This document shows positions 26,613 through 38,778 of a stretch of DNA of 64,000 bases, piece by piece; positions within the stretch are counted from its first letter, which is position 1; the number at the start of each line of letters is the position of its first letter. Source of the DNA: Camelus ferus (Eukaryota); assembly GCF_009834535.1 (NCBI RefSeq), contig NC_045697.1, forward strand, positions 23,686,001 through 23,750,000. The letters run 5' to 3'. The notes beneath the pieces were generated by a model. That model was not told where the DNA came from. It saw nothing but the letters and a program-made list of their open reading frames with translations, and did not search any database. The position numbers and the translations under genes were made by a program.

Positions 26613-27989
26613 AAAATGGAAGTGATATATGACTCTTTCCTACACATTACTCTGGTCACAGCTAGTCACGCAGCCATGGTTATTCAAAGAGCCATGTGGA
26701 AAGAAGATGAGAAATCTTTGTGATAACTTATAATGTCTAGTGTATTTCTTTGTAGCTGTAACTTACTAAAATTTTCATTATTTTCCTTGAAATTTCCCAG
26801 GAAAAAAGTATAGGATAATGACATTTTTACCAATAAGAAAAAATTGAAAATTTCAGCATTTTAAACATATATAAATACCTTCTCTCAATGTATATTCACA
26901 AAAACATCCATATTATAGTTAGGTTTGACAGACACCACTCCTATATCATAAATGAACAAACAGGCACAGAGTAATGAAATACAATGATTAAAAAACATCT
27001 AAAACTTACACCCCTCTGCTTAGAGGCAGAACAAAGTCTAGAATCTAATCTCCTGAATCCTAATCCTAAATTCTTTTCCACGAGAGTATGTCAAATGTAA
27101 ATGTAAATAAGTGGAAATTCCTACCAAAAGTCACTATTGAGGAAAACCAGCTTGAATGTTCTAATATTTGACTGAAAATAATTAGTTTCATTTATTTTAT
27201 TAAGAATATGCATTTCACAAAGCATAAGTTATGTTTTATTCTCTGTTTGCTTCCTTCATGAAGTTCAAGTCAGGGCAAGAAAATGTTAGCTTCCTCGGTT
27301 GCACCCCGTTAAAATGCCCCTAATCAAAACCTGTTTTTCCTGGATACTACACAAAATGTCACAAATAAACCTGTGCACCCATTTGTGATAATGTGCTAAG
27401 CACCCCTAGGTAACAGTACCTTATAAAATATTAGAACAGACAGGTCTTTAGAGAACATCTAGACGAAAATTCTCACTTGTAGATAAGACACCTGAGTCTC
27501 AAGAAGATCAATTGTTTTTCTATTGCTACTCTCCTGGTCAATGTTGATGTGACTTAGACCAGACCCAAAACTAAGTTATATTATATGCTGTGTTGAGTAT
27601 AATTGAAGATGGTAAAGAGACCTATTTGGGGAGCTTATTTTAGAATACTTCCAATAGCAAAATTCATACAGTTTTATTTTAAGAAGTAACCTCTTTGCCA
27701 CTAATCTTCTCCACCCCTATATATGTTCCATATTTCCCCCAGTTATCAGAGAAGAACAAATAAAATTACAAAGCTCCCCTGATGGAAGACCTAGGTTAAG
27801 TTTCTGTTGCTTATGAGAGAAGGCACAAATTCTGCAGTATTTAATTTTGCAGTCTGGTGTTCATGTACTTCTCCATATTCATCAACTATCCTACAGCCCA
27901 TACCGCCATCAGAGTGATGTCATTTGTCTCTGCACACACGATAGTATTTCATAACTCTACACCTTTGCTATTGCTTACCTCTATTCAAT

Positions 27990-28295
27990 TTCCCAATTTC
28001 CCTGTCTTACACTCCTTCCAAGTCCTATCATTTTCCATCCCTCACTTCAAATGATGCCCCTTCAGGGAAGAGTCTCTCATCTCCCTAGGGGAGGTCTATA
28101 TGCTCCTACAAAATATTGTTCATATAACTATCAAAGTATTTACCAGATTTGAGTGCAATTTTCTCTGCTTCACCTAACAGACCCCTTGAAAGTAGGCACC
28201 ACAATTCATGCATTTTCTTTTTTCAGTGATACCAGAGTATCTGACATGTACTAGCTGCCTAATAAATTTTGTAGAAGAGTGAAAACATTAATGAA
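27990..28295 (+). mobile_element. L2 3' fragment
   Basis: cttcaaatgatgccccttcagggaag...ccttgaaagtagg...ctaataaattttgtagaagagtgaa. Confidence 0.5.
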
Positions 28296-28974
28296 AAAAA
28301 TGACTTTCAATGACATAACACTTTACAAATCACAAGCACTTTTCATGTTGTGCTATAGTAACCCTTCAACACATAATGTCCATCTATTGATAATTCTTAG
28401 ACACAGGGTTCACCATATGTGGGAGAGGGGTCTTTTGAAAGTCTCATGACTGAAGAAAACTGCCAGCAATTGGAAAATGGGTAACATTTAACAAACTCTT
28501 TTGACACATCTGTGCCTCCTAGCAACTCCGCCAGTTGTGTATCTCTGCTTCCAAATGGCATGACCACTGCTACACAGCAGTAATTTAAACAAGCAGCTAG
28601 TCACATTTTCTCAAACTGTAGAAAATGAGGATTTTAAGGCTACACACCAATTTTCCTTCGTAAGGTGTTTCACTCATTATGTTCACTGACCTTATTTCCA
28701 CTGTGTTAGTTTATACTGCTCTCTGCTTGAGGAGTTTAATGAGTGTGTGAATTCCACTGGGTATTCTGATTACAATAACCCTGCATATGTGCAACTTTTT
28801 ATGAGAAAACAGATTACCATGAGTCTAAAAAAAAGGTGTTTTGGGGGTCTTCTATCTGAATTTTACACTTTCCTTCAATTATAGGTTTCTCAACCCAAAT
28901 TACAGTATTTGTGACAAATAAGCTGGTATGTCAAGAATAAATTTATGTGTTCTATTTCAGCCCAGGAAGAAGAG

Positions 28975-29165
28975 GAAAGAACATGAGATTTTGATTGAAA
29001 CAACTAGTTCCATCTCCACTACTTCCGTTTTGCTTGACATTGGGAAAGTCTCTAACCACACTTGGCCTCAAGTTCTTTCTGCTAAATGTGGATACTAATT
29101 AGATACAGATTCTGTCAGAATCAAGAAAGAGGACAGATGTAAATGTGCCTTTTTATATTCAAGGA
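28975..29165 (+). mobile_element. MIR fragment
   Basis: ttgacattgggaaagtctctaaccacacttggcctcaagttctttctgctaaatgtgg. Confidence 0.5.
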
Positions 29166-29794
29166 TGTATGTGAATTTCACAGTACAAAATTATATATGC
29201 ACATTGTCATCGGGTTTTGCTAAATCCTATTCAGGTATTGACCTGCTGCCTCTGAATCCGGTCAAGGAATATAATTAAGCAGATCTGACATCAAGTTCTG
29301 GCTCTTTAGTCAGGAGCATTAATAGGTGTCATTGAAGTGCTCACAGTAACCTTAACTAAGTCTGGTTCCTACCTTTAGTATTAACAGATTCTGAGAACCA
29401 TCCCTGTTTTGGAGTTACAGGATATGAGTACATCTCCACGAGTCAAGATAATTCTTTATTCTTTCTCCTTTGTATTTCTTTTTTTACTTCCACAACTCAA
29501 ATGTCAATTCAATTTTGCCTCTATGTAGAATCAACCTAGTCTTTGTCATTCATTCTGAAGAACCTGTCGATAACCATACTATATGGCAGTCAATAGGAAA
29601 AAAAATTGCAAGTAAAGTGCTGACCCGATTCTAAACTGGAAATCAAGAAATCTGCAGTCTAATATGAGGATTTGCATTTATGTGCTGGATATTACCAAAT
29701 TTATATTATTTATCAGACACCCCCTGTTGGCATTCAAGAGCCAAAATACTCAACTGCCCGTACAACATTACAGTTGTACAATACTCATGCAGAA

Positions 29795-29852
29795 TTTGTG
29801 CTGTACACCAGAAATTGACACAGCATTATAAACTGACTCTACTTCAATAAAA
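29795..29852 (+). mobile_element. Very short L1 3'-terminal fragment
   Basis: tgtgctgtacaccagaaattgacacagcattataaactgactctacttcaataaaa is homologous to the 3' ends of the L1s at 33667 and 38294. Confidence 0.7.
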
Positions 29853-29859
29853 CTTAGAA

Positions 29860-32800
29860 ATCACCATTCTAAACTAACAAAAAGTGAAAAAGCTGAACAA
29901 ACTGAAAAACCAACAATTCTTTTTAGATCTGTCAGAAAAGTAAGGCCAATCACTGCACAAAAAATTTGGAGATACAGACAAGCCGTTACAGAGAATCACA
30001 ACTTTTAAGAGCAGAAACTTATCTAGGAACCAGTGCTGGGGTAGAAAAACTTGAACAGTAATTGACAAATTGCAGAAGGCTCAGTATGGACAACTCTGAG
30101 TGTTAAAAACTCCAAGGGAACTCTGTCAAGGAGGCCCCTAGGTTTTTGTGAGATTTACTCCAGAAGATTTACCAGGTCCTCACAATGAATATTGGGGAAA
30201 AATTCCCTCATGCTTCTGGCAGGGGTATGGAAAAATAACCTTTTAAAAATACTGCAGAATATTCTGCTCTTAAAAAGGCCTGTCTGCAGGACAAACTATT
30301 TTACCAAAATCTAACCTGCTAGGGTTTTATCAGAGCCTAACCTACCTGGTAGAAGGGAAATACTAAACTCCATAAAGGGTATTATAAGAAACTATGCACA
30401 CAAATTTAATAACCCGATGAAAAGGAATGAATTCTTAAAAGACACAATCTGCCAAAATTCAGACCAGAAGAAGCAGAGAATCTGAATAGGACTATATTGA
30501 TTAAAGACATTGAATCAATAATTGAAACCTTCCAAAATAGAAAGCACCAAGCCCTGAGAGGTGAATTCTACCAAATATTTAAGGAAAATATTCTCACAAT
30601 CTCTTCCTGAATACAGAAACAGAGGGAATATTTCCTAACTTATCCTATGAGGCCAGCATCACCCTAATACCAAACCAGACAAAGACATTACAAGAAATGA
30701 AAACCACAGACCAATATCTCTCATGAACATCAATGCAAACATCTTCAACAAAATATTAGCAAACTGAATTCAACAATGTATGAAAACAATTATAAACCAC
30801 AACCAAGTCAAATTTGCACTTGGAAATGCAAGACTGTTTTAAAATTTGAAAATCAATTAAGGTAATCCATCAAATCAACACACTAAAAAAGAAAAAATCT
30901 CATATCTTACCAATATATGCAGAAAAAGCATTTGACAAAATCCAATACTGATACATCCTTAAAACTCGCAGTTAATTAGTCATAGAGGGAAACTTCCTCA
31001 ACTTAATAAGGAACACTTACAAAAGCCCTATAGTTAGTATTGTAGTTAATCATGAGAATCTCAAAGCTTTCCTATTAAGATCACAAAAAAGGCAAGGATA
31101 CCCTCTCTCATTATTGCTTTTCAACATCATACTGAAAGCCCTAGTGACACAATTAGAAAAGAAATTAAAGTTACATGGATTAGAGAAAAAAATAAAATCG
31201 TCTTTGTTCGCAGATGACACAACGGTGTATGGTAGAAAGTCTGAAAGAACTGATTTTCAAAACCTCCTGAAACTAATAAGCAATTATTACAAGGTTAAAA
31301 GAGACAAAGTTAATACATAAAGTCTTTTGCTTTCCTATATAGTAGCAATAAACAAGTGGAATTTGAAATTAAAAGCATAATACCATTTACATGAGCACCC
31401 CAAATATGAAATACTTTGGTATAATTTTAATATAATGTGTACAAGGTCTATATGCAGAAAACTACAAAACTCTGATCAAAGATATCAAAGAAGAACTAAG
31501 TAAATATGGAGATGGTCCACGTTCATAGAAAGAACAACTCAATATTGCCAGGATGTCACTTCTTTCCAAGTTAATCTATATATTCAACGCAGTCACAATC
31601 AAATTTGTATTTTGTTTTCATGGGTATCAGGAAGCTAATCCTAAAGTTTACATGGAGAGGCAAAAGACCAAGAATAGCCATTCAATACTGAAGAAGACTA
31701 AAGTCAAAGGACTGACATACTCTACTTTAAGATTTACCAAAAAGCTACAGTAATTAAGACAGTATAGTTTTGTCAAAACAAAACAAAACAAAACAAAACA
31801 AAACAAAACGAAACAAAACAAAACTAGTATTTCAATGGTACAGAACAGAGAGCCCAGAATAGACCCACATAAATACAGTCAACTAATTTTTCACAAAGCA
31901 GGCAATAAAATGGAGCAGAGATAGTCCTTCTAGTAAATGGTGATGAAACAATGGATACCCACACATAAAAATGAATCTAGAACAGAACTTCCATCCTTCA
32001 CAAAAATTAACTCAAAATGGATCATAGACTTATATGTAAACTATAAAACTATAAAACACCTAGAAGACAACAGGAGAAAATCTATATAACCTTGAGTATA
32101 CAATGACTTTCTAGATACACTACAGGTATGAGCCATGAAGGAAATAATTGATAAATTGGACTGCATTAAAATTTAAAATTCCTGCTTTGCAACAGAATAT
32201 GAGATACAAACCACAGACTGAGTAAAAATATTTGTAAAAACCACAGCAGGTAAAGAACTGTTATTCAAAATATACAAAGAATTCTTAAAACTCAAAAATA
32301 AGAAAACAAATAACCAATTTTAAAAAATGGACTAAAGCCCTTAACAGAACACTCACCAAAGAAGATGTACAAAAGGCAAATAAGAATATGAAAAGATGCT
32401 CCATATCATGTTATTAGGATACTGCAAATTAAATCAACATTGAGATATCACTACACAGCTATTAGAATGGCCACACTCCAAAACAGTGACAACACCAAAT
32501 CCTGGGGAGGGTGTGGAATAATGGGAACTCTCATTCATTGCTAGTTGAAATACAAAATAGTACAGCCACTTTGGCAGACAGGTTGATAGTTTCTTAGAAA
32601 ACTATACATGCTCCTACCAGAGGATCCAGGAATTCTGTTCCTTGATACTTACCAAAAGGAACTGAAAACATATGCCCACACAAAAACCTGCACACGGATG
32701 TTTATAGCAGCTTTATTCATACTTGCCAAACTTAGAAGAAATCAAGATTCCTTCAGGAGGTGAATGAATAAATAAACTATTGTACATTTAGAAATAGAAT

Positions 32801-33318
32801 ATTATTCAGCATTAAAAATAATGAGATATCAAACAACAAATAGATATGAAGAAAACTTAAATGCATATTACTAATTGAAATAATCCAATCTGAAAATGCT
32901 ACATTCATACTGTATGATTCCAACTATTTGTCACTGTGGAAAAGGCAAAATTATGGAGAAAGTAAAAAAATCTTTGGTTGTATTAGGGGAGAGGGTAGCA
33001 GAGTACAGAGGATTTTTATAACAGTGAAATTATTCTGTATGATACTACAACAGTTGATACACGCCATTACACATTTGTCAAAACTCAGAATGTACAACAC
33101 TCTGAGTGAACACTTACGTAAACTATGGAGTTTGTCTGATAAAGTAATGTCAATGCAGATTCACTGATTGTAGCAAATGCACCTCCATGGTGCAAAGTAT
33201 CAATACTGTGTATACATGTGTGGGAAATGGCTGTAAATGGTAACTCTTTTGTATATTTTACTCAATTTTGCTGTGAACCTAAAATTGCTTTTAAAAAATC
33301 AAATTTATTTATTAAAAA
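29860..33318 (+). mobile_element. Old L1MC-like LINE-1: 5' UTR piece joined to degenerate ORF2 and 3' UTR
   Basis: 29860-30372 resembles the recalled L1MCa 5' end; ORF2 homology from ~30373 (SSLFADD RT motif at ~31200); L1MC1/2-like tail ...ttttgctgtgaacctaaaattgcttttaaaaaat. Confidence 0.85.
31774..31823. repeat. (CAAAA)n microsatellite in L1
   Basis: About 10 CAAAA units with one variant. Confidence 0.9.
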
Positions 33319-33666
33319 CAAACACAGTACACACATATCTCAGAGTCCTCTTTTCCAAAACAAAATCCATTTTCCCAAAACACTGATATTGACCTTTCAA
33401 TATTCCAAAACTAGTTTTATTGCACCTGGAGTTAGGTAATTGACTAAATGTGGTTGAACTTGGCACACAATTGGGTAGCACTTACAGCTCTCATATTGTA
33501 AGTCTTTGTAAGTAAAAAAAGGTGTTGCTGATACAAATATTAAAAGTTCCTACATATCTTTCTGAATTTACTTTTTACCACTATAATCCTAATTCTCCCA
33601 TGTAGTCACACTGGCCTCTGCTTTTCCTCAAAAAATCCCAATAGTGCTCCTGCTTCAGGACATGAG

Positions 33667-33886
33667 TTTTTTTTTTTTTAATTTTAATTTTTATTGAAGT
33701 ATAGTTAGCTCACCATGTTGTGTCAATTTCTGGTTTACAGCATAATGTTTCAGTCATACATACACACACATAGATTCTTTCCATATTCTTTTTCATCATA
33801 GGTTACTACAAGATACTGAATGTAGTTTCCTATGATATACAGAGAACCTTGTATATCTATTTTATATGGTAATTAGTATCTGCAAA
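33667..33886 (-). mobile_element. Short 5'-truncated L1 (3' UTR only) with TSD
   Basis: Poly(T) then ttttattgaagtatagt...; TSD tcaggacatgag (33655-33666)/tcaagacatgag (33887-33898). Confidence 0.9.
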
Positions 33887-34110
33887 TCAAGACATGAGGT
33901 GCACTTGTTTGTAATGCCCTTCTCTTGGGACCACCTCCCTAGAGAGGTCCTTCCAGACTGCCAACCCTGCAACCCAGTAACTTTCTCTTTTTCCCTTGCT
34001 CCATTTTAATTCATGGTGGCTATATCTGAAGTTGAATTATCTATTCTATATTTATTGTTTATTATTGACTTCACTCATTAGAGTATAAGCTCCAAAAGGG
34101 CAAGGATTTT

Positions 34111-37100
34111 TTTTTAATATTTTTTATTAATTTATAATCATTTTACAATGTTGTGTCAAATTCCAGTGTTCAGCACAATTTTTCAGTTATTCATGGACAT
34201 ATACACACTCGTCACATTTTTTTCTCTGTGAGTTATAACACTTTGTGTATATTTCCCTGTGCTATACAGTATAATCTTGTTTATCTATTCTACAGTTTTG
34301 AAATCCCAGTCTATCCCTTCCCACCTTCCACCCCCCGGCAACCACAAGTCTGTATTCTCTGTCTATGAGTCTATTTCTGTCCTGTATTTATGCTTCGTTT
34401 TTGTTTGTTTGTTTTTGTTTTTGTTTTTTAGATTCCACATATGAGCGATCTCATATGGTATTTTTCTTTCTCTTTCTGGCTTACTTCACTTAGAATGACA
34501 TTCTCCAGGAGCATCCAGGTTGCTGCAAATGGCATTATGTTGTCAGTTTTTATGGCTGAGTAGTATTCCATTGTATAAATATACCACCTCTTCTTTATCC
34601 AGTCACCTGTTGATGGACATTTAGGCTGTTTCCATGTTTTGGCTATTGTAAATAGTGCTGCTATGAACATTGGGGTGCAGGTGTCATCCTGAAGTAGGGT
34701 TCCCTCTGAATACAAGCCCAGGAGTGGGATTCCTGGGTCATATGGTAAGTCTATTCCTAGTCTTTTGAGGAATCTCCACACTGTTTTCCATAGTGGCTGC
34801 ACCAAACTGCATTCCCACCAGCAGTGTAGGAAGGTTCCCCTTTCTCCACAGCCTCTCCAGCATTTGTCATTTGTGGATTTTTGAATGACGGCCATTCTGA
34901 CTGGTGTGAGGAGATACCTCATTGTAGTTTTGATTTGCATTTCTCTGATAATTAGTGATATTGATCATTTTTTCATGTGCTTTTTGATCATGTGTATGTC
35001 TTCCTTGGAGAATTGCTTGTTTAGGTCTTCTGCCCATTTTTGGATTGGGTTGTTTATTTTTTTCTTATTGAGTCGTATGAGCTGCTTATAATTTCTGGAG
35101 ATCAAGCCTTTGTCAGTTTCATTTGCAAAAATTTTCTCCCATTCCGTAGGGTGTCTTCTTGTTTTACTTCTGGTTTCCTTTGCTGTGCAGAAGCTTGTAA
35201 GTTTCATTAGGTCCCATTTGTTTATTCTTGCTTTTATTTCTTCTAGGAGAAAATTTTTTAAATGTATGTCAGATAATGTTTTGCCTATGTTTTCCTCTAG
35301 GAGGTTTATTGTATCTTGTCTTATGTTAAGTCTTTGATCCATTTTGAGTTGATTTTTGTATATGGTGTAAGGGAGTGTTCTAGCTTCATTGTTTTACATG
35401 CTGCTGTCCAGTTTTCCCAACACCATTTGCTGAAGAGACTGTCTTTATTCCATTGTATATTCTTGCCTCCTTTGTCGAAGATGAGTTGACCAAAAGTTTG
35501 TGGGTTCATTTCTGGGCTCTCTATTCTGTTCCATTGGTCTATATGTCTGTTTTGGTACCAATACCATGCTGTCTTGATGACTGTAGCTCTATAGTATTGT
35601 CTGAAGTCTGGGAGAGTTATTCCTCCAGCCTCTTTCTTTCTCTTCAGTAATGCTTTGGCAATTCTAGGTCTTCGATGGTTCCATATAAATGTTATTATGA
35701 TTTGTTCTAGTTCTGTGAAATATGTCCTGGGTAATTGGATAGGGATTGCATTAAATCTGTAGATTGCCTTGGGCAGTGTGACCATTTTAACAATATTGAT
35801 TCTTCCAATCCAAGAGCATGGAATATCTTTCCATTTTTTAAAGTCTTCTTTAATTTCCTTTATCAATGGTTTATAGTTTTCTGTGTATAGTTCTTTCACC
35901 TCCTTGGTTAGATTTATTCCCAGATATTTTATTAATTTGGGTGGTATTTTAAAGGGGATTGTTTCTTTACTTTCTTTTTCTGTTGATTCATCGTTAGTGT
36001 AAAGAAATGCAACTGATTTTTGAACATTAATTTTGTAACCTGCTACCTTGCTGAATTCTTCAATCAGCTCTAGTAGCTTTTGTGTGGACCTTGTAAGGTT
36101 TTCTATATATAGTAACACGTCGTCAGCATATAAGGACACTTTTACCTCTTCTTTTCCAATTTGGATCCCTTTTATTTCTTTCTCTTGCCTGATCACTGTG
36201 GCTAGGACTTCCAGAACTATGCTGAATAGGAGTGGTGATAGTGGGCATCCTTGTCTTGTCCCAGATTTTAGTGGGAAGCTTTTGAGTTTTTCACCGTTGA
36301 GTACTATGCTGGCTGTAGGTCTGTCATATATAGCTTTTATTATGTTGAGAAATGTTCCCTCTATACCCACTTTGGTGAGAGTTTTTATCATAAATGGGTG
36401 TTGAATTTTATCAAATGCTTTTTCTGCATCGATTGAGATGATCATGTGGTTTTTGTCCTCTTGTTGATGTGATGTATTACATTGACTGATTTGCGTATGT
36501 TGAACCAGCCTTGTGTCCCTGGGTTGAACCCCACTTGGTCATGATGTATAATCTTTTTTATGTATTGTTGGATTCTATTTGCTAAAATTTTGGTGAGGAT
36601 TTTGGCGTCTATGTTCATCAGTGATATTGGCCTGTAATTCTCTTTTTTTGTAGTGTCTTTGCCTGGTTTTGGTATCAGGGTGATGGTGGCTTCATAGAAT
36701 GAGTTTGGGAGTATTCCCTCCTTTTCAATCATCTGGAAGAGTTTGAGAAGGACTGGTATGAGTTCTTCTTTGTATGTTTGGTAGTGAAGCCGTCCGGTCC
36801 TGGACTTTAATTTGTAGGGAGGTTTTTAATTGCTATTTCTATTTCCTTTCTAGTGATCGGATTGTTCAAGTGTTCAGATTCTTCTTGATTCAGTCTTGGT
36901 GGACAGTATGTTTCCAGAAACTTGTCCATCTCCTCTAGGTTATCCAGTTTGGTTCCATATAGTTTTTCATAATATTCTCATATGATATTCTGTATTTCTA
37001 TTTTGTTTGTTGTAATTTCTCCATTTTCCTTTCTTATTTTGCTAATTTGTGCTCTCTCTTTTTTCTTCTTTGTGAGTTTGGCCAGAGGTTTGTCGATTTT

Positions 37101-37326
37101 ATTTACTTTTTCAAAAAACCAGCTTTTGGTTTGGTTGATTTTTTTCTATGGTCTTGTTAATCTCTATCGTATTTAGTTCCTCTCTGATCTTTATTATTTC
37201 CTTCCTTCTGCTGCTTTTTGGGGCTTTTTGTTCTTCTTTTTCTAATTCATTCAGGTGGTGGGTTAAATTGTTTATTTGAGATTGTTCTTCTTTTTTGAGG
37301 AAGGCCTGTATCGCTATAAACTTCAC
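34111..37326 (-). mobile_element. Young 5'-truncated LINE-1 (camelid-type 3' UTR)
   Basis: Long ORF2 blocks; exact TSD aagggcaaggatttt at 34096-34110 and 37327-37341. Confidence 0.97.
34428..37326 (-). pseudogene. Disrupted L1 ORF2 (reverse transcriptase and C-terminal Cys-rich domain; endonuclease missing)
   Basis: ORFs 37111-37326, 36442-36732, 35321-36445 ([14 protein letters not shown]), 34965-35342 and 34428-34940 ([18 protein letters not shown]) are separated by frameshifts and one in-frame TGA at ~34965. Confidence 0.95.
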
Positions 37327-37639
37327 AAGGGCAAGGATTTTGTCTCTTTGTTTCCAGCTGTATTTCCAGTGCCTAGAACAATGTCTGACACTATCTTGCT
37401 ATATTTGTTAAATGAATTAACAGTTCAAAAACAGTATGGATTCATATGCTCTAATTGTGGGATCTGGAACTCTGGAAGATGAGCATGGATACAAGAGTGG
37501 TTTGATATAGAAATCTTCCTGTAAGTAGGGAGAATTCCAAAGCTTGGAAAATGAGTAGAACTTTAGAAGACAGAACAGTGGGGATACAGCTCTTAGACAA
37601 AAGAGTCATTCTGAAACCAAGGAGGTGAGAGATAATGTG

Positions 37640-38090
37640 ATGGAGAAGAAATTAATGGAAAGTGGTGGAGAGAGAACAGAAATTATCAAAAGCCATATCA
37701 CAAAGGACTCTGGATGTTGACCTGTTTAGAGCCTAAAAGCTACAAAGAGCCATGGATGATTTTTAAATGGGAAAAGGGATACTATCTGATTTTTATATTT
37801 GAAAAATAATTCCTTAGCTAGGAAGAGGAGTGACTGGAGAGAAGCCAGACTGGAGATAGACAAGGTGGCAGTGTAGCAAGAGAGAGCCTGGACTAAGGCA
37901 GGCAGTGTCAGTGGGGATGAAGAGAAGCAAAATAACCACTGAGATGGTAAGAAGATATAATCTATAAGACTTTATGAGTTAATCAAGGTGATGGCAGTGT
38001 GAGAGGAATCAAGGATGACTCTGGGTTGACAGCTTGGCAAGCAACTTGATGATGATAACATTCACTGAGAGAAGAAATACAGTAGAATAA
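37640..38090 (-). mobile_element. L2 fragment
   Basis: gagccatggatgatttttaaatggg...ggcagtgtcagtggggatgaagagaag...gagaggaatcaaggatgactctggg. Confidence 0.65.
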
Positions 38091-38293
38091 AAGACTTTTT
38101 AAAATAAAATAATTCAGAAAACCTACCTGTGTCCTCTAAAACTTAGAAGACAAAGGGAATTGCACTTGATCTGTGTCTGACAATTTCCAAAGACAAACTA
38201 TTATTTCATTGATGATAGTGGAGATATGGGCATTTGCCATGGAGCCATTTGGGGACCCTCTGACAGCAGTCTTTGAGTAATATTGAAAGATAC

Positions 38294-38778
38294 ATGTTGC
38301 TGCAAATGGCAACATGGATGTTCCTGGAGAATGTCATTCTAAGTGAAGTAAGCCAGAAAGAGAAAGAAAAATACCATATGAGATCACTCATATGTGGAAT
38401 CTAAAGAAAAAAGAACATAAATACAAACCAGAAACAGATTCATAGAAATAGAATACAAACTTGTGGTTGCCAAGGGGGAAGGGGATGGGAAGGGACAGAC
38501 TGGGAGTTCAAAATTTGTAGATAGTAACATGCATGTGTAGAATTGATAAACAAGATTATACTGTATAGCACAGAGAAATATATACAAGATCTTGTGGTAG
38601 CTCACAGTGAAAAAAAAATGTGACAATGAATACATGTATGTTCATGTATAACTGAAAAATTGTGCTCTACACTGGAATTTGACACAACATTGTAAAATGA
38701 CTATAACTCAAAAAAAAATGTTTAAAAAAAAAGAAAGAAAAGGCAAGTGAAAACGAAGGAAAAAAAAAAAAAAAAAAA
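38294..38778 (+). mobile_element. Short young L1 with 5' micro-inversion and bipartite poly(A)
   Basis: Homologous to 34111-34530 (inverted); TSD gaaagatac at 38285-38293 and 38779-38787. Confidence 0.93.

Larger units (their letters stand above)
33580..37420 (+). mobile_element. L2 3' fragment split by two L1 insertions
   Basis: Pieces 33580-33666, 33899-34110 and 37327-37420 join into L2 (gtcacactggcct...agagtataagctcc..agggcaaggattttgtc...ccagtgcctagaaca...tttgttaaatgaat). Confidence 0.75.

Noticed and set aside
35321..36445. 374-aa reverse transcriptase ORF as a novel RT system or domesticated gene
   Set aside because: It is an ordinary L1 ORF2 fragment bounded by frameshifts inside a TSD-flanked truncated L1.
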